64,000 nucleotides of DNA from Patescibacteria group bacterium (GCA_038063515.1 JBBTUY010000004.1:35717-99716); one strand, 5' to 3'; counted from the first letter of the stretch, positions 1 to 11,067 are shown. The notes: generated by a model from the sequence alone, not told the origin. Translations and numbers: made by a program.

Positions 1-175
1 CAAGCCTTACTACCTTTTTAGCTTTTTGAGTAATAGCTTTTTTATTTTTCTTTGGAGCAGGTTTTGCTTTTTTCACTTTTACTACTTTCTTTAGCTTAAC
101 CTTTTTCTTTGCAATTACCCTAGGTTTCTTTACAACTTTAACCTTCTTACTTATTTTTTTATTTGTTTTTTTCAT
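1..175 (-). CDS. Partial ORF (N-terminus only). Extremely Lys-rich basic protein (MKKTNKKISKKVKVVKKPRVIAKKKVKLKK...) that continues beyond the window; product undetermined. Position immediately downstream of dnaG is where rpoD usually sits.
   Basis: ATG at 173-175 (rc), 12 nt after the dnaG stop. Open to the window edge. Not in the ORF track because it is under 60 aa. Confidence 0.3.
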   Translation of the reverse strand, partial: MKKTNKKISKKVKVVKKPRVIAKKKVKLKKVVKVKKAKPAPKKNKKAITQKAKKVVRL

Positions 176-186
176 ATTTTTTAAAT

Positions 187-1941
187 CTACACTTTTTTTA
201 AACGACCATTTTTAATTTCTTGTATATAATTATTAATTTCATTAATTTCTTTTAGAAGAATGCCGGCCCTCGCTCCATCTTTCTTTTCTTCGCTCATACG
301 TAATTCCTGCATTTTTATTAATAATTTCTCTTTGTATGTCTCTTCTTTGAGGTTGTTAATCAATTCTCCGACATCTTTTTCTATGTTGATATCCTTCCCA
401 TAAAAAACTTCTGCTTCAAATATCAAATCTTCTCTATTTAAATCTCCTTTTTTTGTAAATTCTTCAGGTGGTATTCCTAAAAGCTCTGAAATTTCTTTTA
501 AAATCGAGACTGTATCTAAGGTACTATCTCTAAGTGTATTTTGCCATAAAATAATTCCCAAAAGCCTCATTTCTATATAATCTTTTTTAAACTTCCTCAC
601 CTCTTGTTGCTCTTCACTCGGCGCAACGTTTTCATTTATTTGTGTAGTTATTTTTTTCAAATCATCCTTCAATGCTTGTTCGGGTATTGAAGTTGCGTCA
701 GATATCTTTTTTAAAAAATGCATTTGTTCTATTTTGCTTTCAATAGAATTAACAAATGGCAAGATCATATCTTTTACTCCTCTGCCCACCTTACGATTAT
801 CCCTTTTTGCATCTACGATAACTCTCGCAAGTAAAAATTCTATGACGTGTTTCGATTCTCTTACAGCACTACGCCATGCATCCACTCCTTCTTTGGAAAT
901 AAGGTCAGCAGGATCAACCCCTGCCTTCATATTTGCAACTTTTACATCCATGCCAAGTGAAAGTGCTATGCGTGCAGCTCGAAGTGAAGCATTAAATCCC
1001 GCCTTATCACCGTCATATGCAAGTATGATATTAGTTGAGAGACGACGCACAAGTCCTAAATTAGAAACTACATTTTCTTTACTCATTGTCACGTCAGATA
1101 GTGCTGTACCAGATGATGCCACGGTATTTCTAAATCCTGCTTGGTGTGAAAGAATGAGATCCATCTGACCCTCCACTAAAATAGAGAAATTATTTTTACG
1201 AATCGAGTCTTTGCCACGATCTAGTCCAAACAAAACATACGACTTGTTAAAGATTGGTGTGTCCGGACTATTTAAGTATTTGGCTGACTTGCCGTCATCT
1301 GTAAAAAGTCTTCCAGAGAAAGCAATCACCCGACCACTCGAATCAGCAATGGGAAACATTATTCTGTTGCGGAAACGATCGTAGTAACCCTTTTCTGTTT
1401 TCTTTATAAGTCCCGCTTTTTCTATCTCGTCTTCACTATACTTAAGTTTGGTGAGGTGTGAATAAAGTAGTCGCCAATCTTCAGATATAAAACCAATTCT
1501 AAAATTCTTAATACTTTCTTCGGTAAGTCCTCTATCTTTAAGATAGGATAAAACTGGAGCATTGTGCAAGATATTTCCTTCAAAAAAAACAGTAGCTGCT
1601 TCCATGACTCTATACAATCTCTCTTTTTCTGAAAAAGCTTCTGCTTCTTCTTTAGTAAATTCTTTCAGGTTAACTCCGGCCTTGTCAGCAAGAAGTTTTA
1701 ATGCGCCCTTAAAATCAAGTCCTTCGAACTCTTGAACAAAAGTAAAAATGTCCCCTCCCGCACTACAACCAAAACAGTAAAAGCTTCCCCGTCCTGGTGA
1801 GATAAAAAAGGACGGAGTCCTTTCATTGTGAAAGGGACATTTTGCTTTAAAATTAGCTCCTGCTGGTTCAAGCTTAATATAAGAAGCAATAACTTCCTCT
1901 ATGGACAATATCTCCTTAATTTTAGGAACGGGAGAATGCAT
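187..1941 (-). CDS. dnaG: DNA primase DnaG
   Basis: N-terminal CHC2 zinc finger (CPFHNERTPSF...CFGCSAGGDIFTF), Toprim core (ILVEGQMD, AYDGDKAG), 584 aa. Confidence 0.9.
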   Translation of the reverse strand: MHSPVPKIKEILSIEEVIASYIKLEPAGANFKAKCPFHNERTPSFFISPGRGSFYCFGCSAGGDIFTFVQEFEGLDFKGALKLLADKAGVNLKEFTKEEAEAFSEKERLYRVMEAATVFFEGNILHNAPVLSYLKDRGLTEESIKNFRIGFISEDWRLLYSHLTKLKYSEDEIEKAGLIKKTEKGYYDRFRNRIMFPIADSSGRVIAFSGRLFTDDGKSAKYLNSPDTPIFNKSYVLFGLDRGKDSIRKNNFSILVEGQMDLILSHQAGFRNTVASSGTALSDVTMSKENVVSNLGLVRRLSTNIILAYDGDKAGFNASLRAARIALSLGMDVKVANMKAGVDPADLISKEGVDAWRSAVRESKHVIEFLLARVIVDAKRDNRKVGRGVKDMILPFVNSIESKIEQMHFLKKISDATSIPEQALKDDLKKITTQINENVAPSEEQQEVRKFKKDYIEMRLLGIILWQNTLRDSTLDTVSILKEISELLGIPPEEFTKKGDLNREDLIFEAEVFYGKDINIEKDVGELINNLKEETYKEKLLIKMQELRMSEEKKDGARAGILLKEINEINNYIQEIKNGRLKKV

Positions 1942-1998
1942 AATTTATTTAATAGATAATTCTAGTAAGAAAAAACCTACGGGAAGTATTCGTATTAT

Positions 1999-4900
1999 TT
2001 ACTTCTTAGCTTTAAAACCTGTACCAGCTGGTATGAGTCTTCCGATGATAACATTTTCTTTTAGACCTCGAAGAGAATCTACTCCTCCCTTCACTGCATT
2101 TTCTATGAGCACTCTGTTTGTGTTTTGGAATGATGCAGCAGAAAGCCAGCTCTTTGTACGTAGTGAAACTTCAGTAATACCGAGTACTACGATCTCAGCC
2201 TTTGCTTCCTTGCCACCGAGTGTATTTACTCGAGAATTTTCTTCGATAAATGTAGTGTGCTCTACTATGTCTCCATTGGAGAAGTTAGTCTCACCTGCCT
2301 CCTTTATCTTTCTTCGTGAGAACATTTGACGAACGATGATCTCAGTGTGCTTTCTAGAAATAGACGCATTTTGAAGTTCGTACACTTTATTTATTTCACG
2401 AATGATGTATTTCTCCACGAGTTCTTTATTACCAAGCTTAAACATCTCTGTAATGTCTGCTGATCCGTCTGTCAAAAGCTGTCCCATTTTTACTTGGTCG
2501 CCTACTTTAACTATCGGCATTCTATGGAAAGACACAGCGTACTCTACTTCATGCTTGTCACCACTTGCCTTACCATCTGTAATATCAGATAAAACTTTTA
2601 TGATTTTTTCTTTATCATCTTTATTCTTAACTTCTATCACCTCACCGTCAGTCATAGATATAGTTGCAGGATTTTTAGGAACTCGTCTTTCAAATATTTC
2701 TTCAATACGTGGAAGACCTGTCGTGATGTCAGTACCCGCGACACCTCCAGCATGGAAAGTTCGAAGCGTAAGCTGTGTTCCCGGCTCACCAATAGCTTGT
2801 GCTGCGATGATACCTACTGCCTCACCGAGATCAACCAATTTGTTTCTTCCGAGATCTAGACCGTAACAGTTAACACAAAGACCGTGAACAGTTCTACATG
2901 TAAGTGGAGATCGTACGAAAACTTCCGTAAATCCTGCGTCGTCTATGACTTGACTGTCTTCTTTAGTTACGAGAAATCCTTTCTTGTAGGCCACATTGCC
3001 ATCTTTGTCTTTAAGGTCACCAGCAAGTATTCTTCCTCGAATATTCTTTGCAAGAGATATCTCAATTCCTGAAATATTTTCTGCTGTAATTATTTTTCCT
3101 TCTTTTGTCCCACAGTCTTCTTCGGTGATGACCACGTCTTGCGCAACGTCCACAAGTCTTCGTGTAAGGTATCCGGACTTTGCAGTGTTAAGAGCCGTAT
3201 CTGAGGCACCTTTTCTCGCACCATGAGTAGTGATGAAATATTCAATAGGAGACAAACCTTCTTGATAAGAAGATATGATTGGGAATTCAAGAGTTTTACC
3301 TTGGTTGTTTTGAATAAGACCTTTCATTCCTATCATCTGAGATAGAGATGTCATAGTACCTCTCGCTTTAGAAGTAAACAAGTCGTAAGTAGAACCATTT
3401 TTATCAAGTGTATTGGGAAGAACTTTTTCTAATTCCTTTTTAGCACTTGTCCAAATTTCTATAATTTTCTGATATTTTTCTGAGTTAGAAAGAAGTCCTT
3501 CACTCCACTGAGAAATAATTTCTTCTTCTAATTTTCTTCCTTTAGCAATGATTGCTGGCTTCTCAGGTGAAACTTTAACATTGTCCACACCCCATGTAGT
3601 ACCAGAAACTGTAGAGTACTTAAATCCGAATTCCTTTATCTTGTCGAGTATTGGAGGTGTATTGTCCACTCCATAACGCATGATGAGCTCGTCTAAAAGA
3701 GATGAAAGTCTCTCTTGAGTCATTTCATCATCAACATAAGGGAAATCACTTGGCAGGATGCTGTTAAAAAGAAGTTTACCTACAGAAGTATCAAACATAC
3801 CGCCATTAAATTTCGCGTAACGCAATGAATCTGTAGCGAGAACTTTAATCTTTGCACGTAGACCTACAATTCCATAGTCATGAGAACTTATAGCAATGTT
3901 TGGACTAGAGAAATATTTTCCTTCACCTGTTTCTCCATCCACTGATTTTGTCATCCAGTATGCACCGAGCACCATGTCCATGCGAGGGTTTACGATAGGC
4001 TCACCATTTTGTGGTTTTAATAGATTCTTGTTTGAAGCCATTAATTCCTTAGCTTCATTTTGTGCTTCTTCAAGAAGTGGCACATAGACTGCCATCTGGT
4101 CTCCATCGAAGTCAGCATTGAAAGCCTGACATACGAGTGGGTGTACTTGAATGGCATTACCTTCGATTAGTATTGGATTAAAAGCCTGAATACCAAGACG
4201 GTGCAAAGTAGGAGCGCGGTTTAATAGAACGTACTTACCTTCTATCACCTCTTCAAGCATTTCCCAAACTACCGCTTCACGCTCTTCTATCAATTTATTT
4301 GCTCCACGAATGTTGAATGCGAGCTCCGCTTGTAAAATCTTAGAAATAACAAATGGACGGAAAAGCTCAAGAGCCATGTGCTTTGGCAATCCACATTGAT
4401 TAAGTTTTAAATCAGGACCGACGACGATCACAGAACGTGCAGAATAGTCTACACGCTTACCGAGCAAATTCTGACGGAAAAGTCCTTGTTTTGATTTTAG
4501 GTTATCAGAGAGAGACTTAAGTGGACGCTTTTGTGACTGACTCATAGCAGCAGAATCATTTTGCTTTGCTATAGAGTTATCAATGAGTGCATCTACTGCC
4601 TCCTGAATGATTCTTTTCTCATTTCGGAGGATCACGTCTGGAGCATTTATTTCCTTTAATTTCTTTAGACGATTATTTCTGTTTATAACTCTACGATATA
4701 AGTCGTTAAGATCACTTGTGGCATGTCTTCCACCATCGAGTGCAACCATCGGACGAAGCACAGGAGGTATAACAGGTATAACAGTTAAAAACATCCATTC
4801 AGGACGAATCTTTGCATAGATCATCGCACGAATAAGAGAAAGTCTTTTTTGTAATTTATCTTTCTCGACGATGCTGGCCTTTTCTAGCATAGATTCTGTG

Positions 4901-5598
4901 TGAACTTTTAGTTTATTTAGATCAAGATTTTTAAATATTGAGTAGATTGCTTCCGCACCAATGTTGGCTTCAAAGCATGTGCCGTACTTCAAAGAATAGT
5001 GGTGAAAAGAAATTTCATTTAAAACTTTACCTTCATATATCTCTCCTATTTCTTTCTTAGTAATAGAAAGGAGGTTCTTTAATTTCTCTCTTGTGTCATC
5101 ATCAACAGCGTTCTTTAATTTAGATTTGTATTCTTTATCCAAATTGTCGATTATACTTTGCTTTTCTTCTTCATGAACCTTTACCACTATATAGCCAGCA
5201 AAATATATAACCTTTTCAAGGTCAGTGACAGAGATGTTCAGAAGTATACTCATACGAGAAGGTACACCACGGAGGAACCATATGTGTGACACAGGAGTAG
5301 CAAGCTCTATGTGACCCATACGTTCACGGCGCACTATAGAGCGAGTAACTTCAACTCCACATTTTTCACAGATTATATCTTTGTAACGAATACGACGATA
5401 CTTTCCACAGTAACATTCATAATCCTTTTCAGGTCCGAATATTTTCTCGTCAAAGAGACCGCCACGCTCACTTCTACTTGTACGGTAGTTTATTGTTTCT
5501 GGCTTTGTAACCTCACCAAAAGACCATTCTTGTATTTGCTCTGGTGAAGCAAGTCTTAATGTTATTTGATCAAATTCAGTTGTATTTAGAGTTTTCAT
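1999..5598 (-). CDS. rpoC: DNA-directed RNA polymerase subunit beta-prime
   Basis: 1199 aa; catalytic [14 protein letters not shown] motif; zinc-binding CxxC...CxxC N-terminus. Confidence 0.95.
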   Translation of the reverse strand: MKTLNTTEFDQITLRLASPEQIQEWSFGEVTKPETINYRTSRSERGGLFDEKIFGPEKDYECYCGKYRRIRYKDIICEKCGVEVTRSIVRRERMGHIELATPVSHIWFLRGVPSRMSILLNISVTDLEKVIYFAGYIVVKVHEEEKQSIIDNLDKEYKSKLKNAVDDDTREKLKNLLSITKKEIGEIYEGKVLNEISFHHYSLKYGTCFEANIGAEAIYSIFKNLDLNKLKVHTESMLEKASIVEKDKLQKRLSLIRAMIYAKIRPEWMFLTVIPVIPPVLRPMVALDGGRHATSDLNDLYRRVINRNNRLKKLKEINAPDVILRNEKRIIQEAVDALIDNSIAKQNDSAAMSQSQKRPLKSLSDNLKSKQGLFRQNLLGKRVDYSARSVIVVGPDLKLNQCGLPKHMALELFRPFVISKILQAELAFNIRGANKLIEEREAVVWEMLEEVIEGKYVLLNRAPTLHRLGIQAFNPILIEGNAIQVHPLVCQAFNADFDGDQMAVYVPLLEEAQNEAKELMASNKNLLKPQNGEPIVNPRMDMVLGAYWMTKSVDGETGEGKYFSSPNIAISSHDYGIVGLRAKIKVLATDSLRYAKFNGGMFDTSVGKLLFNSILPSDFPYVDDEMTQERLSSLLDELIMRYGVDNTPPILDKIKEFGFKYSTVSGTTWGVDNVKVSPEKPAIIAKGRKLEEEIISQWSEGLLSNSEKYQKIIEIWTSAKKELEKVLPNTLDKNGSTYDLFTSKARGTMTSLSQMIGMKGLIQNNQGKTLEFPIISSYQEGLSPIEYFITTHGARKGASDTALNTAKSGYLTRRLVDVAQDVVITEEDCGTKEGKIITAENISGIEISLAKNIRGRILAGDLKDKDGNVAYKKGFLVTKEDSQVIDDAGFTEVFVRSPLTCRTVHGLCVNCYGLDLGRNKLVDLGEAVGIIAAQAIGEPGTQLTLRTFHAGGVAGTDITTGLPRIEEIFERRVPKNPATISMTDGEVIEVKNKDDKEKIIKVLSDITDGKASGDKHEVEYAVSFHRMPIVKVGDQVKMGQLLTDGSADITEMFKLGNKELVEKYIIREINKVYELQNASISRKHTEIIVRQMFSRRKIKEAGETNFSNGDIVEHTTFIEENSRVNTLGGKEAKAEIVVLGITEVSLRTKSWLSAASFQNTNRVLIENAVKGGVDSLRGLKENVIIGRLIPAGTGFKAKK

Positions 5599-5630
5599 AT
5601 ATAATTTTAAAATTTAAAAGGTTCTTGTAA

Positions 5631-8600
5631 TTAAGAGTTAGACTCTTTCTTTAGGTCTACGTCGAGTGCAAGACCTCGTAAATAATTTAAAAGTACATTG
5701 AATGATGCCGGGGAGTTAGGTGGTCTGATAGGTTCATTTTTGATAATAGAATCAAATGTTGCAGAACGTCCAGCTATGTCGTCAGACTTAATAGTGAGCA
5801 TTTCACGTAGTGTGTATGCTGCACCATAACCTTCGAGTGCCCAGACTTCCATTTCTCCAAATCTCTGTCCTCCACCTTGTGCTTTACCACCGAGAGGTTG
5901 CTGAGTGATGAGAGAGTAGGGACCAATAGAACGCATGTGAATCTTGTCTTCTACCATGTGGTGTAGCTTCAGCATATACATGTAACCCACAGCTACGTCT
6001 TGCTCAAATGCTTCACCTGTTCTTCCGTCAAATAATTTTAATTTTCCATTTTCTGGCAATCCAGCTTTTACTAATTCTTCTTTGATTTCTTCACGTGTAG
6101 CACCGAGGAATGGTGGCACTATTGCTTGGTAGCCGAGAGTATTTGCAGCCATACCGAGATGCATTTCAAGTATCTGACCCAAGTTCATACGAGAAGGCAC
6201 ACCAAGTGGTGAGAGTATGATGTCTATAGGTGTACCATCAGCAGTGTAAGGCATATCTTCTTCAGGCATGATACGAGATATAACACCCTTGTTTCCATGT
6301 CTTCCTGAAAGCTTGTCTCCAACTGAAATATTTCTGATCTGTGCAACTTCAATAACGATCTTCTTTATGATACCAGCTTCGAGTGTGTGACCAAGATCAC
6401 GAGAAAAGATTTTTACACCGATAATTCTTCCACGCTTTCCGTGCTCCATACGAAGTGATGTATCTTTCACATCACGGGCCTTTTCAGCAAAGATACTTCG
6501 AAGAAGTCTCTCTTCTGGAGTAAGCTCTGTCTCACCTTTTGGAGTAATTTTACCCACCAAGATATCATTTTCTCGTACTTCTGCACCTACACGGATGACA
6601 CCGTCTTCATCTAAGTCTTTAAGTTTGAGCTCACCTATGTTTGGAATGTCGCGAGTAGTTATCTCAGCGCCGAGTTTTGTATCACGAACAACACATGTAA
6701 ATTCTTCTAAGTACACTGAAGTAAATTTACTTTTCTTAACAAGTCTTTCAGAAACGATAATCGCATCTTCATATGTTGACCCAGACCATGACAAGAATGC
6801 TACGAAAATATTTTGACCTATTGATATCTGACCGTCCACAGTACTACTTGTATCTGCAAGTACGTCTCCCTTTTTCACCTTGTCTCCCACACTCACAGAT
6901 GGACGCTGATGAAATACTGAGAAGTTGTTGTTACGCATGAAATTTACAAGACTATAAGTCTTTTCAGAATTTTTATCACCCTTGGCCTCCTTGCCTTCTA
7001 CGACGACTTTCTTTGCATCCACATAAGATACAACTCCGTCTATTTCAGAAAGTATTAAACGTCCTCCGTCTCTTGATGCTAATTCTTCCACACCAGTTGC
7101 GACGAGTGGAGCTTCAGGAGATACGCAAGGTACCGCCTGCTTCTGCATGTTACTTCCCATGAGTGCTCTGTTTGCATCGTTATGTTCGAGGAATGGTATG
7201 AGAGATGTTGCAATAGAGAAAGCTTGGTTTGTAGCCACATCAATGAAATCAAGTTCCATTTTAGAAATAGTACCTGGCTCTGTTTTAAGTCTTGCTTCTA
7301 CTTTGTCTCCATTTATTTTTCCATCTTCATCATAGCTAATACCAGCGTGTGCAATGTTGTAGCCTTCTTCTTGAACTGCGTTTAAGTAAACAACTTCACC
7401 AGTAATAATACCTTTTTTAACTTTGATATAAGGAGTTTCGATAATTCCAAATTCATTTATTCTTGCGTATGTAGAAAGGTGCAAGATAAGTCCGATGTTT
7501 GGACCTTCTGGAGTATGTATAGGACAGACTCTACCGTAGTGTGAAGGATGCACGTCACGCACTTCGAGTCCTGCACGTTCACGAGTAAGACCGCCGGGTC
7601 CGAGCGCAGACAAAGTACGCAAATGCTCTATTTCGTTAAGCACATTTTCTTGCGCCATAAATTGTGAGAGCTGGTTTGTAGTGAAAAATTCTTTAATACG
7701 AGCTTGAAGTGGACGCTGGTTTATGATGTGTATAGGAAGAGCCATGTCTACATCAATGATGGACATACGGTCTTGGATATTTCTCTTTATCTGCATCATA
7801 CCTGTGCGAACTTTCTGCTGAAGAATTTCTCCCACGAAACGCACACGTCTCTGACCCAAGTGATCTATGTCGTCAGCGCGAGATCCTGGAGTATTGTTTA
7901 ATGTTATGATGTGAGTAATTACAGTCAATAAATCTTCAGGAGAGATTGTCTTTCTTGCAAGCTCTTCTTCATCCATAGATTTATTAAAACGCTGGTTAAA
8001 TCTAAAACGTCCCACAGAAGACAAGTCGTATCTGTCTTTACTAAATAGTGAATCGATAAACTCCTTTGCATTGTCAGCAGTAGCCATGTCTCCGTCTCTT
8101 AAACGCTTGTATATCTCTATATATGAATCATTTGCTGTTTTTGCTGAGTCTTTAAGGAGACACTGCTTAATAGTCGCCTTTATAAAATCAGGTGTTTCCT
8201 TACTATTAAATGCTGCTTCTATTTTTTCGTTTGTGTCGTATCCAAATACACGAAGGAGTGACATAGCACCAAATTTTCTCTTTTTGTCTATTCGTATGTA
8301 TATTGCACCATCAGCATCAGACTCTATTTCAATCCATACTCCACGAGCAGGGATTATCTTTGCGCCAAAATATTTACCCCCCTTTACTTCTAACTCTGTA
8401 AAGAAAACACCGAAAGAACGGGCGAGCTGTGGAACGATAACTCTCTCTACTCCGTTTATGATAAAAGTACCGTGTGAAGTCATGAGAGGAATTTCAGACA
8501 TGAAAATCTCCTGTTCCTTAACAGTACCTAAAATCTTGTTATTTAATTTTACACGAGCTTTGAGAAGACCTTGGTAAGACAATTTATTTATCTTAGCGTA

Positions 8601-8828
8601 ACTCTCATCAAACTTTGGCTCGTTTAGAGAAAAAGAAGTGAACTCTAGTTCAAACTTCTTTGTCGAATAATCACTAATAGGAGAAAACTCCTTAAAAACT
8701 TCACCGATGCCTGTTTCTACAAGCCACTTGAAGCTCTTAATCTGAGCTTCTATCAAATTTGGAAATTCGACCAATGGCTTCTTATACCTAGAGAAATGCT
8801 TCTTCGGCAGCTTTTTTTCTATTTGCAT
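5631..8828 (-). CDS. rpoB: DNA-directed RNA polymerase subunit beta
   Basis: 1065 aa; conserved beta-subunit blocks (GEMEVWALEGYGAAYTLREMLTIKSDD etc.); directly upstream of rpoC. Confidence 0.95.
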   Translation of the reverse strand: MQIEKKLPKKHFSRYKKPLVEFPNLIEAQIKSFKWLVETGIGEVFKEFSPISDYSTKKFELEFTSFSLNEPKFDESYAKINKLSYQGLLKARVKLNNKILGTVKEQEIFMSEIPLMTSHGTFIINGVERVIVPQLARSFGVFFTELEVKGGKYFGAKIIPARGVWIEIESDADGAIYIRIDKKRKFGAMSLLRVFGYDTNEKIEAAFNSKETPDFIKATIKQCLLKDSAKTANDSYIEIYKRLRDGDMATADNAKEFIDSLFSKDRYDLSSVGRFRFNQRFNKSMDEEELARKTISPEDLLTVITHIITLNNTPGSRADDIDHLGQRRVRFVGEILQQKVRTGMMQIKRNIQDRMSIIDVDMALPIHIINQRPLQARIKEFFTTNQLSQFMAQENVLNEIEHLRTLSALGPGGLTRERAGLEVRDVHPSHYGRVCPIHTPEGPNIGLILHLSTYARINEFGIIETPYIKVKKGIITGEVVYLNAVQEEGYNIAHAGISYDEDGKINGDKVEARLKTEPGTISKMELDFIDVATNQAFSIATSLIPFLEHNDANRALMGSNMQKQAVPCVSPEAPLVATGVEELASRDGGRLILSEIDGVVSYVDAKKVVVEGKEAKGDKNSEKTYSLVNFMRNNNFSVFHQRPSVSVGDKVKKGDVLADTSSTVDGQISIGQNIFVAFLSWSGSTYEDAIIVSERLVKKSKFTSVYLEEFTCVVRDTKLGAEITTRDIPNIGELKLKDLDEDGVIRVGAEVRENDILVGKITPKGETELTPEERLLRSIFAEKARDVKDTSLRMEHGKRGRIIGVKIFSRDLGHTLEAGIIKKIVIEVAQIRNISVGDKLSGRHGNKGVISRIMPEEDMPYTADGTPIDIILSPLGVPSRMNLGQILEMHLGMAANTLGYQAIVPPFLGATREEIKEELVKAGLPENGKLKLFDGRTGEAFEQDVAVGYMYMLKLHHMVEDKIHMRSIGPYSLITQQPLGGKAQGGGQRFGEMEVWALEGYGAAYTLREMLTIKSDDIAGRSATFDSIIKNEPIRPPNSPASFNVLLNYLRGLALDVDLKKESNS

Positions 8829-8993
8829 AGTTATTTTTATCTAAAATAAAAGAAAAACCAAAAAATACAGCGAGAAAAACAAAGGGAAATGCTGTTTCTT
8901 TTAACTTCTTATTATTGTCTAGAAAATGATTAAGCTTAAACGTTTATAATGCACACAAGATTGCATCCAGTACTCAATCAATGAATCAAAATA

Positions 8994-9021
8994 AGTATAC
9001 TTATTTTTTAATGTTTGTCAA
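8994..9021 (-). promoter_or_regulatory. Sigma70-like promoter candidate for rpoB-rpoC-dnaG: -35 TTGACA (9021..9016), 16-nt spacer, -10 TATACT (8999..8994).
   Basis: Read directly on the minus strand in the trmD/rpoB intergenic region. Near-consensus hexamers and spacing; about 165-nt leader to the rpoB ATG. Confidence 0.45.
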
Positions 9022-9046
9022 ATTTATAGGCTCAGATAGACGTAAA

Positions 9047-9085
9047 TAGAGGTTTAGCCTCTATTTGTAGACGTCGGACGTCTAC
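9047..9085 (-). terminator. Tandem hairpins just after the trmD stop: perfect 19-bp palindrome gtagacgtcggacgtctac, then tagaggtttagcctcta. Candidate terminator/insulator between trmD and the rpoB promoter.
   Basis: Perfect palindromes seen in sequence 6 nt downstream of the trmD stop. The U-tract is weak (TTTAC). Confidence 0.35.
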
Positions 9086-9091
9086 AAGTTA

Positions 9092-9778
9092 TTATTTACC
9101 CTTTTTCCATTCCTCGATCTTTGCCTGATGACCAGAAAGTAAGACTTTTGGGACTTTATAGTTCTTACCCTTATATTTTAGTATTTCAGGACGGGTATAT
9201 ACTTCACTACTTGAGATTCTCTCTTCTTCTAGGGATTCATATTTGCCGAGTACTCCTGAGATCTGACGAGAGATAGAATCGATCAAAACCATAGCGGGTA
9301 GCTCGCCACCTGTTAAAACATAATCCCCTATGGATATCTCTTCTGCTTTTAAGATCTTTTGCACTCGTGCATCTATGCCTTCGTATCTACCTGAAATCAA
9401 AATTATATCTGTATATTTTTGTGCAGATTTTTTCGCATAGCTAGTATCAAACTTTTTACCTGAAGGAGAAAAAATAATTACCTTAACATTGCGAAGGCTA
9501 GAAGAAGCTTTTCGAGTGGTCTGGGGATTTTTTCCGAGGACCCGAGAAAAGTTTCTACTAGCCGCAGCAAATGCTTTAAGAAAAAGCTCAGGACGAAGTA
9601 CCATCCCCGGTCCGCCTCCGTATGGCCTGCCATCTATCCTCTTTTTTGGCTCACAGTAGTCTATAGGATTATAGAATTTTATAGAAATCTTTTTATCCTT
9701 CACCGCCCGGCCCAAAATAGACTCTTGTAAATAAGAGTCAAACATCTCGGGAAATATAGTTATTATATGAAAACGCAT
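9092..9778 (-). CDS. trmD: tRNA (guanine37-N1)-methyltransferase TrmD
   Basis: MRFHIITIFPEMF... N-terminus, DGRPYGGGPGMVL SAM-binding knot motif, 228 aa. Confidence 0.9.
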   Translation of the reverse strand: MRFHIITIFPEMFDSYLQESILGRAVKDKKISIKFYNPIDYCEPKKRIDGRPYGGGPGMVLRPELFLKAFAAASRNFSRVLGKNPQTTRKASSSLRNVKVIIFSPSGKKFDTSYAKKSAQKYTDIILISGRYEGIDARVQKILKAEEISIGDYVLTGGELPAMVLIDSISRQISGVLGKYESLEEERISSSEVYTRPEILKYKGKNYKVPKVLLSGHQAKIEEWKKGK

Positions 9779-9802
9779 AGCGAAACTCGACTCACTTATT
9801 TA

Positions 9803-10045
9803 TTATTCCGTGTAGAAAAACTTTTTTAATTCTTGTTCAGGGAGATACTCTCTTGCTTGTTTATAAATCCCATGAGTCATACCACGATCAAGTTCTTTAT
9901 GGTTAGGGACAACTAAATGTTCCAAAACTCCTTCCACTATTCTACTTAAAATCATATGGCTGCCTTTTTGACGGTTAAGTATGAAACCTTGCTTTTCAAG
10001 AAAACCTATCAAATCACTCCCAGAAATCCTGCGAAGTTTAGGCAT
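9803..10045 (-). CDS. hicA: HicA-family mRNA interferase toxin (YcfA-like)
   Basis: 80 aa. LEKQGFILNRQKGSHMIL and VPNHKELDRGMTHGIYKQA match HicA hallmarks. Overlaps the upstream hicB by 8 nt. Confidence 0.7.
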   Translation of the reverse strand: MPKLRRISGSDLIGFLEKQGFILNRQKGSHMILSRIVEGVLEHLVVPNHKELDRGMTHGIYKQAREYLPEQELKKFFYTE

Positions 10046-10274
10046 ACTGTCTAAATGGTATCTCGTAATTCATCAATACTGAAGGATTTTTAGTAAGACT
10101 GTTAATAGAATCATCTTTCATGGAAACTTCCAAATAAAGCTCAGTGGCCTCAGAAATATTTTTTGTAATTTCATCTAAGGTTTTACCTTGAGTAAAAATA
10201 GGGAAATCTGTCGCCTTGGCAACAAAATACCCGTCTACACCTTGTGAAATAATAAATTGAATAATATTTTTCAT
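10038..10274 (-). CDS. hicB: HicB-family antitoxin (UPF0150)
   Basis: 78 aa; DGYFVAKATDFPIFTQGKTLDEITKNISEATELYLE resembles the HicB N-terminal domain. Translationally coupled to hicA. Confidence 0.65.
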   Translation of the reverse strand: MKNIIQFIISQGVDGYFVAKATDFPIFTQGKTLDEITKNISEATELYLEVSMKDDSINSLTKNPSVLMNYEIPFRQYA

Positions 10275-10318
10275 AAATATATTATATCATACTATTTACC
10301 TGATGTACAATTAAAATA

Positions 10319-10353
10319 GCCGGTAATCCTCGAGGATTACCGGCTATTTTTTG
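10319..10353. terminator. Bidirectional intrinsic terminator: perfect 15-bp stem agccggtaatcctcg/cgaggattaccggct flanked by A/T runs.
   Basis: Perfect palindrome followed by TTTTTT (plus strand) and a T-rich tract on the minus strand. Lies between the lipoprotein gene and hicB. Confidence 0.7.
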
Positions 10354-10394
10354 AGGGTTATAGGCCCCTCAGCCTGTGTGGGAGAAAAACAAAC

Positions 10395-10913
10395 CTAGAA
10401 GGTTTTGTTCTTCTCCCAAATGATTTCGGTCGAAACAAAGCCCGACCCGATAAATTCACCGATATATTGGATCTCGGTGACCTCGCCGTCAACCAACATG
10501 ACCCGAACTCTCTTAGGATCTAATGTTGGAATCAAAGAGTGGAGGCGCCGACCCTCCTTGATTTCAGGGGCGGTTTTCACCCCCCCTTTACTCGGCTCCG
10601 AATTATAAGCCGAATGGCGAGAGTAGACGCTACACGGCTTGCTCTCGCCAGGCAAATCAAGGCCGATTACGAAGACGAATTCGAAACACTCCCCGCCATC
10701 GCAGGCAGGGAATGCAATGAAATTTTCTTCGGGAATGCTCACGCCGATTTTGGTCGGCGTGACCTCAGTCACACCCGGCGTGGGAGTCGGTGTCGCCACA
10801 TACCTCGTTGCAGACGAGGTATGTGGCCCCTGAGGCGCGACTCCCTCGCACCCAAGGAAAACCAAAGTCGAAAAAACGAAAACGAACGCAAAAAAAATCT
10901 TTCGCATAACCAT
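10395..10913 (-). CDS. Secreted lipoprotein (signal peptide plus lipobox FLGC). Compositionally foreign, about 50% GC against a one-third-GC background.
   Basis: MVMRKIFFAFVFVFSTLVFLGCEG... lipobox. Pro/Thr-rich linker (TPTPTPGVTEVTPT). CG dinucleotides are dense only in this gene. Confidence 0.6.
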   Translation of the reverse strand: MVMRKIFFAFVFVFSTLVFLGCEGVAPQGPHTSSATRYVATPTPTPGVTEVTPTKIGVSIPEENFIAFPACDGGECFEFVFVIGLDLPGESKPCSVYSRHSAYNSEPSKGGVKTAPEIKEGRRLHSLIPTLDPKRVRVMLVDGEVTEIQYIGEFIGSGFVSTEIIWEKNKTF

Positions 10914-10994
10914 TCCTTTTCAAAATCTGCAGTTGTTAAATGCACACGCCGATACAAACTGGCGTATGCTTGACTATCTAAAATCAATAAAAGC

Positions 10995-11018
10995 ATATAT
11001 ATATATATATATATATAT
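10995..11018. repeat. (AT)12 dinucleotide microsatellite
   Basis: 24 nt of perfect atatat... between the KH-gene terminator and the lipoprotein gene start. Confidence 0.95.
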
Positions 11019-11033
11019 TGTCAATAGCAACAC

Positions 11034-11067
11034 AAAAAAAACGCTTACAAAATAAGCGTTTTTTTTG
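11034..11067. terminator. Bidirectional intrinsic terminator (A8-acgctta-caaaa-taagcgt-T8)
   Basis: 7-bp stem flanked by an A-run and a T-run. Lies 24 nt downstream of the KH-protein stop on the minus strand. Confidence 0.65.

Noticed and set aside
734-8577. Numerous 60–170-aa plus-strand ORFs embedded antisense within dnaG, rpoC and rpoB (for example 734..1168, 1901..2329, 2402..2866, 8071..8577).
   Set aside because: All lie entirely inside long, confidently identified minus-strand genes. They have no RBS or recognisable domains. Antisense frames of AT-rich conserved genes commonly stay open.
10405-10996. Plus-strand ORFs 10539..10973 (144 aa, Arg-rich) and 10639..10833 overlapping the lipoprotein gene.
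   Set aside because: Artefacts of the locally high GC content, which lowers stop-codon frequency in all frames. The minus-strand frame has the signal peptide, lipobox and flanking terminators.
10995-11018. Considered whether the (AT)12 tract or other repeats indicated a CRISPR array.
   Set aside because: It is a simple dinucleotide repeat with no spacer-repeat periodicity. No CRISPR-like arrays or cas genes were seen anywhere in the window.
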